Positions 1-9,112 of a stretch of 52,602 bases of DNA are shown one piece after another; within the stretch, counting starts at the first letter, position 1, and each line of letters begins with the position of its first letter. The position numbers and the translations under genes were made by a program. The notes under the pieces were generated by a model, which worked only from the letters and a program-made list of their open reading frames with translations, was not told the DNA's origin and did no database searches. Where the stretch lies: the IMG/VR virus record IMGVR_UViG_3300032246_000731, positions 1 to 52,602 of that record. One strand, written 5' to 3'. The DNA is from a virus. Lineage: Duplodnaviria > Caudoviricetes.

Positions 1-488
1 CTCATCAAGCTCTGTAGGTGATGTGTCCACACACCTGGATTTGTAGCACCCCAAGTTCGGTCATCCAGTTTAAGTGTGGCATTATAGTTGAGTTGATTAA
101 TGTAAGGTAGCTTGACACTAATCATGGGAACAAAGCGAGGATATTCGTTATAGGCAGATTCCAATACACCTTCGATGTGTTCAACACCAAAGTCTAACGA
201 AACCCAGTAGTTTGCTTTAAGGCAACCAATGATAACTTCATCCCACGCTTTATATTCTTCGTGGCTAATTGCTCGAGGATTAAAACTTTGACTAGTGCCA
301 AAGTAAATGTGTTTAATACGCTTAGACTCATCCAAGTATGCTTGGGTATCATCTGCTTTACGCAAAATTTCTTCAAGAGGTGGCGTGCCTACAACAAACA
401 ATGTAAACATACCATGACAAATAGTATGTTCGACTTCATAACCTGTAAAATAAACGACATCTTGTCGTTCTTCAGTGTTTAGTCCCAT
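1..488 (-). CDS. Hypothetical phage protein, runs off the window edge (MGLNTEERQDVVYFTGYEVEHT...)
   Basis: Manually translated open frame from ATG at 488 to the window start with no stop; overlaps the end of the upstream dehydrogenase; absent from the ORF track because it is incomplete. Confidence 0.75.
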   Translation of the reverse strand, partial: MGLNTEERQDVVYFTGYEVEHTICHGMFTLFVVGTPPLEEILRKADDTQAYLDESKRIKHIYFGTSQSFNPRAISHEEYKAWDEVIIGCLKANYWVSLDFGVEHIEGVLESAYNEYPRFVPMISVKLPYINQLNYNATLKLDDRTWGATNPGVWTHHLQSLM

Positions 489-1357
489 TTAATATAACCT
501 CTGCTGTAACCGTTTGGACGATCCTTACCATCCGCAAACGCTTGTTGCCATTCAGTAGTACGATTGTAACATCGAGTCCAAAAACTATCAACCTCGAGAT
601 AGCCGTTTTCAATCATCCAAACAGCGTCCTTCATACATTGATGAAAATTTTGATTCCTTGGGCTTGGTTTAATAGTAGTAACAGCTTTCCAAAGTTGTTG
701 CTGTGCTTCTTCTTTACTTACTGCTTTACCAACTGCATCGACAATCAGTGCGTTATTATTTAGGTTTATCTCTGTGCCTAGCTCATATTTTCCAGATAAG
801 TCGATAACTACATCATAACTTTCACCAGTAGCAATTAATAGCTTATCTCCCCAAAGATCAATATTGCTAGAACCTAATACATCAACGTTTTCACAATGTT
901 TGAATTTGGTTAATGTGTGATAAGCGACCCAGGCCAAAAATCCACTACCGATAATTAATATTTTGTCTTGTCTATCTACATCAGCAACATCTACAGTATT
1001 AATACCACATGCTACTGGTTCAATGATATAACGAGGATGAGCTTCCGGCACCCATACATATTCGTTTTCACGTACATTATAATAGTCTGCGTATGCTGGC
1101 TCGCCTCTGGTAGCAACATAATCGCCCTTGGCAATGCCTCTAACACTGAGGCCAATACGAGTTACTTGTCCAAGACCTTCGTGACCTTGCATGTGTAGTG
1201 GTAACGGACCAAAATCTCCATTCATCATGTCAATGTCACTACGACAAACACCTGTCATGATTGCTCGTACTTCGATTTCATCTGGACCAATCTCTGGTTT
1301 GTTGTACTCCACTTCTTCAAAGAAGCCTTGTCCTGTAGTTTGTAAACAGCGTGTCAT
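479..1357 (-). CDS. Zinc-dependent medium-chain alcohol/sugar dehydrogenase (MDR family)
   Basis: GVCRSD and GHEGLG catalytic-Zn motifs, IIEPVACG, Rossmann IIGSGFLA; no structural-Zn Cys cluster. Start moved to ATG 1357, which forms an ATGA overlap with the upstream stop. Confidence 0.85.
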   Translation of the reverse strand: MTRCLQTTGQGFFEEVEYNKPEIGPDEIEVRAIMTGVCRSDIDMMNGDFGPLPLHMQGHEGLGQVTRIGLSVRGIAKGDYVATRGEPAYADYYNVRENEYVWVPEAHPRYIIEPVACGINTVDVADVDRQDKILIIGSGFLAWVAYHTLTKFKHCENVDVLGSSNIDLWGDKLLIATGESYDVVIDLSGKYELGTEINLNNNALIVDAVGKAVSKEEAQQQLWKAVTTIKPSPRNQNFHQCMKDAVWMIENGYLEVDSFWTRCYNRTTEWQQAFADGKDRPNGYSRGYIKWD

Positions 1358-2235
1358 AGAGTTTCTATCCGTTCGTGTATCCAAACATCAATATCAAATT
1401 GCTTCAACCAAAATTCATAATTATCCATATTGGCAATAGCATCTTTTATCATAGCTTCGTATGCATCTTCCGGACACCATCCTAATTCAAATCGTTCTTT
1501 ACTATCATTCATGTTAAACTTGATAGAACTGTCGTCCTCATGCATATTGGCCCAATCTGCTAGTAAGGTCCATTTGTCACCAAAGATTAGATGGCAACGA
1601 TCATCTACGTCATATGTTCCGTTTGGATTTATTGTACCATACTCGGTACTTTTGATACTTTCTAGTGTATGCAATCGCAATGATTGCTTTCCAGTTACTT
1701 GTTCTTTGCGCCAGTCTGGATTCAAAGCAATATAAAGACTTAACAAGTGCGGCATTAAATCACGGCTTACTCCGCCAAACGACAATTTCTTAGTAGTAAA
1801 CCAACTGCCTGGATTAGGAATACAGTTTTTTCTACTCCAAAATATATCTACTGTATTGGATTTATTAGCTAATTCTTTTAGTTCATTGATATTACTGCGC
1901 CACATGTTATTTTTAACCATCATGAAACGTGTTTGTTTGAATTCAGATACTAGCTTAATCCATGTATCACTAGTAGCAACTCCAGGTTTCTCGATAAAGA
2001 CAATTTTAGTATAGGGCGCAACTTTAGCCGCAATTTCAAAATGTGTAAAATTAGGAGTACATATATGTACAGTATCAAATAGACCGTGTACTAATAACGC
2101 CGCATCGACACTAGGTAACATTGCACCTTTAGTAATGTCGTGATCTACAGTAACTACTTCATGCCCGAGTTTTTCCAGAACAGTTTTATACAACTGCCCA
2201 ATACCCATGCCTATTACAAGACTACGTTTGGTCAT
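1354..2235 (-). CDS. Gfo/Idh/MocA-family NAD(P)-dependent oxidoreductase
   Basis: VIGMGIG Rossmann motif, ICTPNFTH, FIEKP signature, GGVSRDLMPH. Confidence 0.85.
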   Translation of the reverse strand: MTKRSLVIGMGIGQLYKTVLEKLGHEVVTVDHDITKGAMLPSVDAALLVHGLFDTVHICTPNFTHFEIAAKVAPYTKIVFIEKPGVATSDTWIKLVSEFKQTRFMMVKNNMWRSNINELKELANKSNTVDIFWSRKNCIPNPGSWFTTKKLSFGGVSRDLMPHLLSLYIALNPDWRKEQVTGKQSLRLHTLESIKSTEYGTINPNGTYDVDDRCHLIFGDKWTLLADWANMHEDDSSIKFNMNDSKERFELGWCPEDAYEAMIKDAIANMDNYEFWLKQFDIDVWIHERIETL

Positions 2236-2473
2236 TTTCTTCCTTTGATTGTTCGTATCGTTTAAACATACGTGTTACATCTTCCATGCGTTCGGCAAAA
2301 ATATCAGCACTGGTCTGAGATACTTTTTTCATATCGTATTCGCTAGGATAATGACGCAAACATGCTCTTGCTTCATCTTTAACAGCTTTGGGAACTCGAG
2401 GAGTAGTTAAGATTCTTAGCAAAAATCTTTGAGTTTGTACTACTGCTCGATATCTTTCATCAGGTAATGTCAT
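2222..2473 (-). CDS. Hypothetical phage protein (MTLPDERYRA...LRHYP type)
   Basis: 83-aa ORF overlapping both neighbours in an operon. Confidence 0.7.
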   Translation of the reverse strand: MTLPDERYRAVVQTQRFLLRILTTPRVPKAVKDEARACLRHYPSEYDMKKVSQTSADIFAERMEDVTRMFKRYEQSKEENDQT

Positions 2474-4163
2474 GGACGCTGGCTTCCAAATCGTCTAGTT
2501 TATCAATTGCAGATTCGTCAAAATCTACTTCGTCATCTGATTGTACAGGATCTGCATCTACTTCGTCAAATAGGTTGGCAAACATAGTACTTGCATTTAC
2601 CGTTTTCTTACCAGTGGCGCCGCGTGTACCAGGAATAGCTTGCCAAAATTTATCAAATCCGTCGATGATCGCAATAGCAGTTGCACGATCTGGCGCACTA
2701 AAAATAGCATCTACAACATCTCTAAAATAAATTCGATTAAACTTTTCCTGTACTAGCATACTTGGACATAGTCCGGCATCATATTGGCGATTAGCTTCTT
2801 GTACGCTGTTCAAATGCAACCAAACATTATGGCCCATCATAATCGCGTAGGTAAAACTATCCCAACTGGTCTTACCAACCTTACCGATTTTGTTAACATC
2901 ATTTGGCCCATAGATACAAATGTCTTTGACTTCTACACCGTCCATTAGTGGGCTTGTTGTAAAACTAGTAAAGTGTTTATCTTGTACAACTACATCTTGG
3001 AAGAGTCTGGTATCTTGACTGTACTTTTTGTCATCGAGACTTGGCAACATGCGGTAGAGCCATTTTTCTCTGTCTTTAATTTCTGTCTGAACATAAATCT
3101 GTCCATTAGCAGTAGCAAGGAACGGACTAGCACAGTCAAAGCTGATTGTAAACTTAGGATTGTGGTATTTACGAACCGCACGTTGAATATCTGTAAGCAA
3201 TAATGCCCATTCTAATTTACTTGTACCTAGAAAGTGCATCCAGTCTTGATGGCCTTCTTCTAGTAAGCCGTCAAATTTTAATGCAACAAGTCTACGTAGA
3301 ACCAAATCCACATCACACATGTTCTGGCCGCCCATAGCCCAACCGTTAAATGGCTTTTCGTATTTTGTTGGATCGCAAAAATCTTTCATCTGCTGATACC
3401 AATCTTCTGCTTGTGCGTGATTCTCACCTTGCAGAACATTTAAAAACTTACAAGCACCTGTACGATGTTTAATAAAGTATTCGTTGTTGTATTTGGTAGC
3501 ACTAACAGCTTGATCGTAACTAGCAATACCGCTGTTCTTAGCACCCACCGGACTGCGCCCAACCCATGCTGGAATATCAAGTACCATGCCATAGTCCATT
3601 AGTGCATCCATCCAAGTTAATACTTGTTCACGCTTCTTTTGTGCCGCATCCAGTTTAGCTTGATAGACTTTTACATGATCAATTTTTGTATACTTAGGAT
3701 TGCCGTTTTTATCTGTTTTAGGATGCCCAGTTGGATGCACTTGTGGAACTAGTTCAACACCTTTGGCAACCGCTTCAGCCATACGCTGTGCTACTACTGG
3801 TCCGTTAGGATCATTCCATTCGCCTTCCCACACACCTTTACCAATTTGGAATCCACCCGAGTCACCTAATACCCAACTAGTACTACGGTCTCTATTACGA
3901 AACATGTCTTCACTTGGATCAGGTTTAGTCAAATCCAAGTTGGCATGGCCTGCCGAATACAAGCAATGGTCAAAGTAAAATGCCGCATTGGGATTTAAAT
4001 AGTTCATTGCTTCAACACCCATAGGACCAAAGCTAGCAGGAATACGTGCAGGATCCACATAATTGCTGTAGCGTTGTTTGCCTATGTATGTGCTGTAAAA
4101 TCCTGACGTTGCCGGCAGGAAATATGCATAGTCTTTTTGATGTGCTGTTAGATTTTTATTCAA
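2460..4163 (-). CDS. tRNA-guanine transglycosylase-fold protein (TGT/DpdA-like base-exchange enzyme)
   Basis: TGT motifs in order: DSGGFQ, MVLDIP, VLQG, GWAMGG, HFLG, SFDCASP; no CxCxxC zinc site; TTG start. Confidence 0.75.
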   Translation of the reverse strand: MNKNLTAHQKDYAYFLPATSGFYSTYIGKQRYSNYVDPARIPASFGPMGVEAMNYLNPNAAFYFDHCLYSAGHANLDLTKPDPSEDMFRNRDRSTSWVLGDSGGFQIGKGVWEGEWNDPNGPVVAQRMAEAVAKGVELVPQVHPTGHPKTDKNGNPKYTKIDHVKVYQAKLDAAQKKREQVLTWMDALMDYGMVLDIPAWVGRSPVGAKNSGIASYDQAVSATKYNNEYFIKHRTGACKFLNVLQGENHAQAEDWYQQMKDFCDPTKYEKPFNGWAMGGQNMCDVDLVLRRLVALKFDGLLEEGHQDWMHFLGTSKLEWALLLTDIQRAVRKYHNPKFTISFDCASPFLATANGQIYVQTEIKDREKWLYRMLPSLDDKKYSQDTRLFQDVVVQDKHFTSFTTSPLMDGVEVKDICIYGPNDVNKIGKVGKTSWDSFTYAIMMGHNVWLHLNSVQEANRQYDAGLCPSMLVQEKFNRIYFRDVVDAIFSAPDRATAIAIIDGFDKFWQAIPGTRGATGKKTVNASTMFANLFDEVDADPVQSDDEVDFDESAIDKLDDLEASVHDIT

Positions 4164-4332
4164 TTCGACCCCACTTAATTTTTAACCATATTCTTTCCAT
4201 AACATAGTGTACGGCAGTTAAGATAACGTGTATAAGAACAGCATCACTTAGACCGGTCCATATCGCAGTTATTAACAATGCTACTATTCTATAGCTTAAT
4301 GCTCTTACTACTGTTCTTTTTTTAGTTTCCAT
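4156..4332 (-). CDS. Small membrane protein, DUF2061-like (58 aa)
   Basis: Manual translation METKKRTVVRALSYRIVALLITAIWTGLSDAVLIHVILTAVHYVMERIWLKIKWGRIE; ALSYR and ERIW..I.WG patterns; TAATG overlap with upstream ORF. Confidence 0.65.
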   Translation of the reverse strand: METKKRTVVRALSYRIVALLITAIWTGLSDAVLIHVILTAVHYVMERIWLKIKWGRIE

Positions 4333-4499
4333 TAACTTCTCCTAGTGCGAACTTCATTTGCCACTTGGCTAATTTCATTCTTACTTCTAATACGTTCGCG
4401 ATCTAGATAAGATAATTGCTGGGTTAGACGTTGCACTTGTTCCTGCAACTGTCTAACTTGTTGTTCTAAAGCAACTATTTTAGGATCTATTTGGTTCAT
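4332..4499 (-). CDS. Small coiled-coil protein (55 aa)
   Basis: Manual translation MNQIDPKIVALEQQVRQLQEQVQRLTQQLSYLDRERIRSKNEISQVANEVRTRRS; ATGA overlap with the clamp gene; heptad pattern. Confidence 0.65.
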   Translation of the reverse strand: MNQIDPKIVALEQQVRQLQEQVQRLTQQLSYLDRERIRSKNEISQVANEVRTRRS

Positions 4500-5227
4500 T
4501 TAGCTTGAGCTGGCAAAATATAATTGTATTCAGCAAGACCGCTGTTTACAGTAATTTGTAATGCGCCCGCATCACTAATACGCATAGTAACATCTCCGCT
4601 GAGACCTAAAATACTTTGTATTTGGCTAACTGGCCATGCCCATGACTGCTTTAGTTTACCAGTAATACCGCTGTGGAAAACAAACGAACCTGCGTGTGTG
4701 CTTGCATCACCAAAACTAAACACTAGATTATCATTGTCAGTTTTAACTTGGAAAGTTGTTTCTTCTGTATGTGCGGCCGCTTGATATTTCAAACGTTGTA
4801 TACTTGCCACTGCTGGCTCAAATTCGATATCCCACTTGGCGCCTTTGAACTTAACAGTTTTCATTTGTTCATTAATGATTTCTGCGTTCATAAAACGATA
4901 ATCATTTTTAAAATCTTTGACCGCATTTTCAAAATGCAAACCTGTTGGAATATCTTCGCCATTACGTTGTTGTGTAACAACATCGATACTTGCGCCTTCT
5001 TTATATTCCGGGCACTTTAAATGTAAATCTAATTTGTTTAGATTAGGCATACCAAACACACCTTCAAATTCTGAAATCGGCGCATTTGTTTTGGCTTGCA
5101 AAATAACGCTACGATCTTCAGCCATGGCTTCGATTGTAGTTTCGTTATTTGCGCTACTAATTTTTAATAGCGGTAAAAATCCCAGACTGTGTGTATGTGC
5201 TACTAAGTCTTGTAAAATATCTTTCAT
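4496..5227 (-). CDS. Probable DNA polymerase sliding clamp (gp45/PCNA-like)
   Basis: 243 aa, beta-rich two-domain pattern ending YNYILPA; close to the family B polymerase; a clamp loader is in the same window. Confidence 0.6.
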   Translation of the reverse strand: MKDILQDLVAHTHSLGFLPLLKISSANNETTIEAMAEDRSVILQAKTNAPISEFEGVFGMPNLNKLDLHLKCPEYKEGASIDVVTQQRNGEDIPTGLHFENAVKDFKNDYRFMNAEIINEQMKTVKFKGAKWDIEFEPAVASIQRLKYQAAAHTEETTFQVKTDNDNLVFSFGDASTHAGSFVFHSGITGKLKQSWAWPVSQIQSILGLSGDVTMRISDAGALQITVNSGLAEYNYILPAQAK

Positions 5228-5245
5228 ATGAATCTCCTTATGTGT

Positions 5246-5274
5246 ATTATATTTAGATTTTTGGTTAAAGTCAA
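5246..5274 (-). promoter_or_regulatory. Sigma70-type promoter
   Basis: TTGACT-17 bp-TATAAT followed by AAGGAG RBS and the clamp ATG. Confidence 0.75.
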
Positions 5275-6041
5275 GAGTTTTTTCTTACTTTATTATTATA
5301 ATTGATAGCGGATTCTACCAATGTAACTGGGGTATTAATGGTATTGGCCCATTGTACAAACGCCTGTGTATCTTTGGGGAAACAATGTCCTCCAAAACCA
5401 CGCTCACCATCGGGCCCGGGTACTAGTGTATGTCCTGCGCCAATGCGTGTATCTTGTGATACTATATGTCGAACAGTATCGAAGTCGACACCTGTCTTTT
5501 CACATATATCAAATATTTGATTAAAGAAACTAGTTTTTAATGCAAGGAACGAGTTAGTAGTATATTTGACTATACAAGTTTCTTTTTCACTGCATCTAAA
5601 AATTATTTTACAATTAGGTAATGATGTTTGAAATAGTTCTTGCCAGAACCCTTCGGGATCATCACCGCCGATTACCATATATCTTTGATTTAAAAAGTCA
5701 CTGTCGGCAGTGGCCGCACGTAGAAACTCCGGGCTGTAACAAATACTATGATCCGTATATATTTCTTTAAACGCTTCTACTACTGCTGGAGTAACTGTGC
5801 TTTTAACTAGTACTGGCATAAAAATCGGAACTTGATCCAATACGTTTGCTATATTCTCAGCGATAATACCATTTTCTCCAGTAGGCGTGTTTACACAAAT
5901 AATTAAACCATCTGCATCATGATGATATTGTATTTCATTAGTTGTATATTGTGGATCGATAATGACAACTTCGTGAGATGTTTTTAACGCATTATGTATG
6001 GCCTTACCGACGAATCCGTATCCTGCAATTATAATTTTCAT
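5271..6041 (-). CDS. ugd: UDP-glucose/GDP-mannose 6-dehydrogenase family protein (short form)
   Basis: GYGFVG, CVNTP, KSTV, SPEFLR, K..N in KYTTNS, GFGGHCFPKD catalytic Cys motif; lacks the C-terminal domain. Confidence 0.85.
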   Translation of the reverse strand: MKIIIAGYGFVGKAIHNALKTSHEVVIIDPQYTTNEIQYHHDADGLIICVNTPTGENGIIAENIANVLDQVPIFMPVLVKSTVTPAVVEAFKEIYTDHSICYSPEFLRAATADSDFLNQRYMVIGGDDPEGFWQELFQTSLPNCKIIFRCSEKETCIVKYTTNSFLALKTSFFNQIFDICEKTGVDFDTVRHIVSQDTRIGAGHTLVPGPDGERGFGGHCFPKDTQAFVQWANTINTPVTLVESAINYNNKVRKNS

Positions 6042-6042
6042 A

Positions 6043-8712
6043 TTAAAACTCGAATAGTGAATTAAATGTGTTCTTTTCTTCAGTACTACGAACGTCCCAT
6101 TTCAATACACCAATTAGGTTATCTAATTTATTATCAATAATAGTCTGTTCCATTTCAGCATGATCGAATGGCATATCTTTAAACCATTGTGGCAAACGTA
6201 ATTCGTCAACTGGATATGCGACACTAGTAAAGCCCATTGGGTTTTGTTTTAGTTTACAAACAATAACCTTTTGACCGTCTGTAATGTTCATTGAATACTT
6301 GTCGCCAAACATACGTTTCAATGTATTCCAATTGATACTTGCACGTACATGCCCAGGCATATTAGCCTTGCCGGCCTTCTTTTCCTTTGCTTCGTACTCT
6401 GTAATATTGTTGGCACGTTTGGGACTACCTTTTTCCCAACCGGGTCTGCTCTTGAACTTTAATCTAAATTCACTAATATGTGCTAGCACATCATCTTCGG
6501 TGGTGCCCGTTAAAACCTTTTCAAGTACATCACTTAAAAAGTTCTGAATGAATTCCGGCGTATCACTACGCTTCAGATCAAGACCCATGGCCTTGATTTT
6601 ACCAGGTTTGCCATCTACGTCTGCACGTTTGCCTTCCTTGTCATAGTAAAGCACCGCATAACGCTTTTTAGTAATAAACAAACTCTTACTGCCAACAATT
6701 TCTCTACCGGCTTTAATAACTTCGCCGCGTGTCTTAGGTACATGGAATGTGTCCAACATAAACTGTGGAAATGTTGTATTGACTTCCTCGCCGATTTGAT
6801 CGTATAAGTTAATTACAGTTTCTTTAGTCCACGGAAGTTTACCAGATGTAATTTCTTTTTCAAGTGTTTTATAAGCTGAAAAATAACAACTGTCAGTATC
6901 TCCGTAGATAACAGCCTTACCTCTATAATCATATTCCCCGGCAATAATTTCATTGACTTTACTGGCCATGTGTTTAACAATTTGACGGCCGGTAAGTGTA
7001 GTCGATTGCCCAATACGCTTATCAAAGAACCGACATCCAGGATTAAGAATAGCACCATACAAACTGTTCAAGTTAATCTTTTTAACCAACTGTCGTTTGT
7101 CCCAGTATTCTTCTTCGATCTTATTGCCTGTCTTAATACATTCTTTAAGTTTTGCCTGCATTTCCTTACGTTCACTATACCAACGCTTTAGCAAGCCGGG
7201 AATGATTCCTTCTTTTTCGTAAGTAAAGATTGTGCCGTTAGCACTTAATACCCACGGTTGATGACTATCAAAAATTAACTTGTATACTTCAGCCGCACTA
7301 ATAACATCGCTTTCGCCGTTCTCCCAGTCGATAGTAATGTCTGTGCCGATCTCTTGATTCATTACCGCTTCATATTCTAAGCTACCAAATATACCTTCCC
7401 AGCTGGCCGCAAAGCTAGAACCTTTGGCCATTTTATTATCGAGATATTCTTGGGTCATTGTTTGACGCAACTGACCAATAATAGTTTCCGGGCCCATGTT
7501 AAGCGCACGAATAGCTGACGGATAAAGACTATTGATATCTAGTGATCCAACCCAGTCATGAACACCTTCCTTAGGATAAGCAACATACGCACCTGCCGCG
7601 GCCGTATTCTCCTCACGGTCGTTCATCTTAGTACGATTAGGAACTTGCATACCTCTGCGATGTGCTTCATTAATAATGGCCTGCTCGGTCACAGCCACAG
7701 CACCCATTGTTGTCTGTAACAATACTGTATTTTCATGCGCTAGTGTATTGGCAAGATCAAGGAATTTAAGTTTCTTGTCTAGACGATCAAGAAGCGCACA
7801 GTCTTGTCTGTTGTATTCGATGAACTTTTTAAAATCATGATTGTAAAGTTGATCTAATGTGCCTTCGTATTGTGTTTTACGTTCGCCTAGTTCATATTCA
7901 GCGATAGCATCTAGTCGATAGCTATGACGTTCTTCATATGTGTATTTGCGATACAATTCAAGACTGTCTAGGTGTACACGACCAATAAAGTCATAGGTAA
8001 CTGATTGGCGTCCGAACTTTTCATATTCTCTGCGTTTAGGAAACTGATCAAACAAACAAAAACGCCTAGTGTCATCTTTACTCAGTACCTTAGTAACACG
8101 ATTAACTGTATATGGAATATCGTAACCTTCGCTGTTCCAACCAGTCAGTATGTCTGCATCTTTAATTAGATCTAAAAATACGTCCAACATCTCGGCTTCG
8201 GTTTCGAACAACATAGTATTCGGAAACTCTTCGACCATTGTCTTGGCTTCGTCCATTGTTAATGTTTTTGGAGGAACTGCCAAACATACCATAGTTTCCA
8301 TCCATTGCAGGTGAACAGCGATAGCAGTAATTGGCATAAATGCATCATCTGGTGTGCTGTAGCCACGTTCTGGATCAAAGTCCACCTCGATGTCAAAGAA
8401 CGCTACGTTTAATTTTGGAGCGTCAGCATTAAGGTAATTTTCGCTTAAGGTTACAAAGATTGGATTGATATCACTTTCAAATAATTGCTTACTTGAATTG
8501 ATTGCTTGTTCTTTGCGTAATTCTTTTGTACTTTTAACTACTACTTTGCTGAGAGCGTCACCGTATATTGAAAGATATTTTCCACGGGCGTCTTTGTAAT
8601 AGAATGTGTGGCGTACAGGAATGTCTCTGAATTCCCTCTCGCCTTTTTTGTTGCGTTCGACTACTTTAATAACATCGTTATCACGGTCGAACCATGCGTC
8701 TACATAGCTCAT
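6043..8712 (-). CDS. polB: DNA polymerase family B (T4 gp43-like)
   Basis: Exo I FDIE, Exo II WNSEGYD, Exo III YNRQD; polymerase motifs DINSLYPS, KINLNSLYG, YGDTDS, KKRY. Confidence 0.97.
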   Translation of the reverse strand: MSYVDAWFDRDNDVIKVVERNKKGEREFRDIPVRHTFYYKDARGKYLSIYGDALSKVVVKSTKELRKEQAINSSKQLFESDINPIFVTLSENYLNADAPKLNVAFFDIEVDFDPERGYSTPDDAFMPITAIAVHLQWMETMVCLAVPPKTLTMDEAKTMVEEFPNTMLFETEAEMLDVFLDLIKDADILTGWNSEGYDIPYTVNRVTKVLSKDDTRRFCLFDQFPKRREYEKFGRQSVTYDFIGRVHLDSLELYRKYTYEERHSYRLDAIAEYELGERKTQYEGTLDQLYNHDFKKFIEYNRQDCALLDRLDKKLKFLDLANTLAHENTVLLQTTMGAVAVTEQAIINEAHRRGMQVPNRTKMNDREENTAAAGAYVAYPKEGVHDWVGSLDINSLYPSAIRALNMGPETIIGQLRQTMTQEYLDNKMAKGSSFAASWEGIFGSLEYEAVMNQEIGTDITIDWENGESDVISAAEVYKLIFDSHQPWVLSANGTIFTYEKEGIIPGLLKRWYSERKEMQAKLKECIKTGNKIEEEYWDKRQLVKKINLNSLYGAILNPGCRFFDKRIGQSTTLTGRQIVKHMASKVNEIIAGEYDYRGKAVIYGDTDSCYFSAYKTLEKEITSGKLPWTKETVINLYDQIGEEVNTTFPQFMLDTFHVPKTRGEVIKAGREIVGSKSLFITKKRYAVLYYDKEGKRADVDGKPGKIKAMGLDLKRSDTPEFIQNFLSDVLEKVLTGTTEDDVLAHISEFRLKFKSRPGWEKGSPKRANNITEYEAKEKKAGKANMPGHVRASINWNTLKRMFGDKYSMNITDGQKVIVCKLKQNPMGFTSVAYPVDELRLPQWFKDMPFDHAEMEQTIIDNKLDNLIGVLKWDVRSTEEKNTFNSLFEF

Positions 8713-8724
8713 TTATTCTCCATA

Positions 8725-8775
8725 TGCAATTTTAGGCTTGCAAATACCTACTGTGCGGTTTATGGCCCGCTGACC
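8725..8775 (-). promoter_or_regulatory. Structured 5' leader of the polymerase gene (two tandem hairpins or pseudoknots)
   Basis: GCGG-GCCATAAA-CCGC and TGCAA-GCCTAAAA-TTGCA stems just upstream of the GGAG RBS, each preceded by AGGT able to pair with loop GCC. Confidence 0.45.
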
Positions 8776-8792
8776 TTTCTTTGTACTACTTA

Positions 8793-9050
8793 TTAAATCT
8801 TTTTAGTAATATCTAAAATAGCTTCAATCTCTGCCCAATCTTCATTGTGAGCAGTCCAATCGCCTTTGTGTGCAATTTTAATTGCACGATTAATAACACT
8901 GGGTTTTACATTGAGTTCTTCTGCTACTGCCTTGACTGTATCTTTTAAGCCTTCTGATAAATCTTCAATTTCACGAAGAACAGTAGAGCCTTCGTTAATC
9001 AATCTTTCGAGTTTTGCCTTTTCTTCTGCACCGTATGAACGTCCTGACAT
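8793..9050 (-). CDS. Small helical dsDNA-binding protein (T4 DsbA/GapR-like)
   Basis: 85 aa, long N-terminal helix then LKDTVKAVAEELNVKPSVINRAIKIA pattern; strong RBS. Confidence 0.55.
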   Translation of the reverse strand: MSGRSYGAEEKAKLERLINEGSTVLREIEDLSEGLKDTVKAVAEELNVKPSVINRAIKIAHKGDWTAHNEDWAEIEAILDITKKI

Positions 9051-9070
9051 TAGTATCTCCTTAATAACTT

Positions 9071-9099
9071 ATTGTATACTAGTTATCTCGATAGATCAA
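9071..9099 (-). promoter_or_regulatory. Sigma70-type promoter
   Basis: TTGATC-17 bp-TACAAT upstream of AAGGAG and ATG 9050. Confidence 0.55.
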
Positions 9100-9112
9100 G
9101 TGTTTCGGTAAA

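Noticed and set aside
8713-8793. preQ1 or SAM riboswitch upstream of the polymerase
   Set aside because: Pseudoknot-like, but I could not match the conserved ligand-binding nucleotides of those classes
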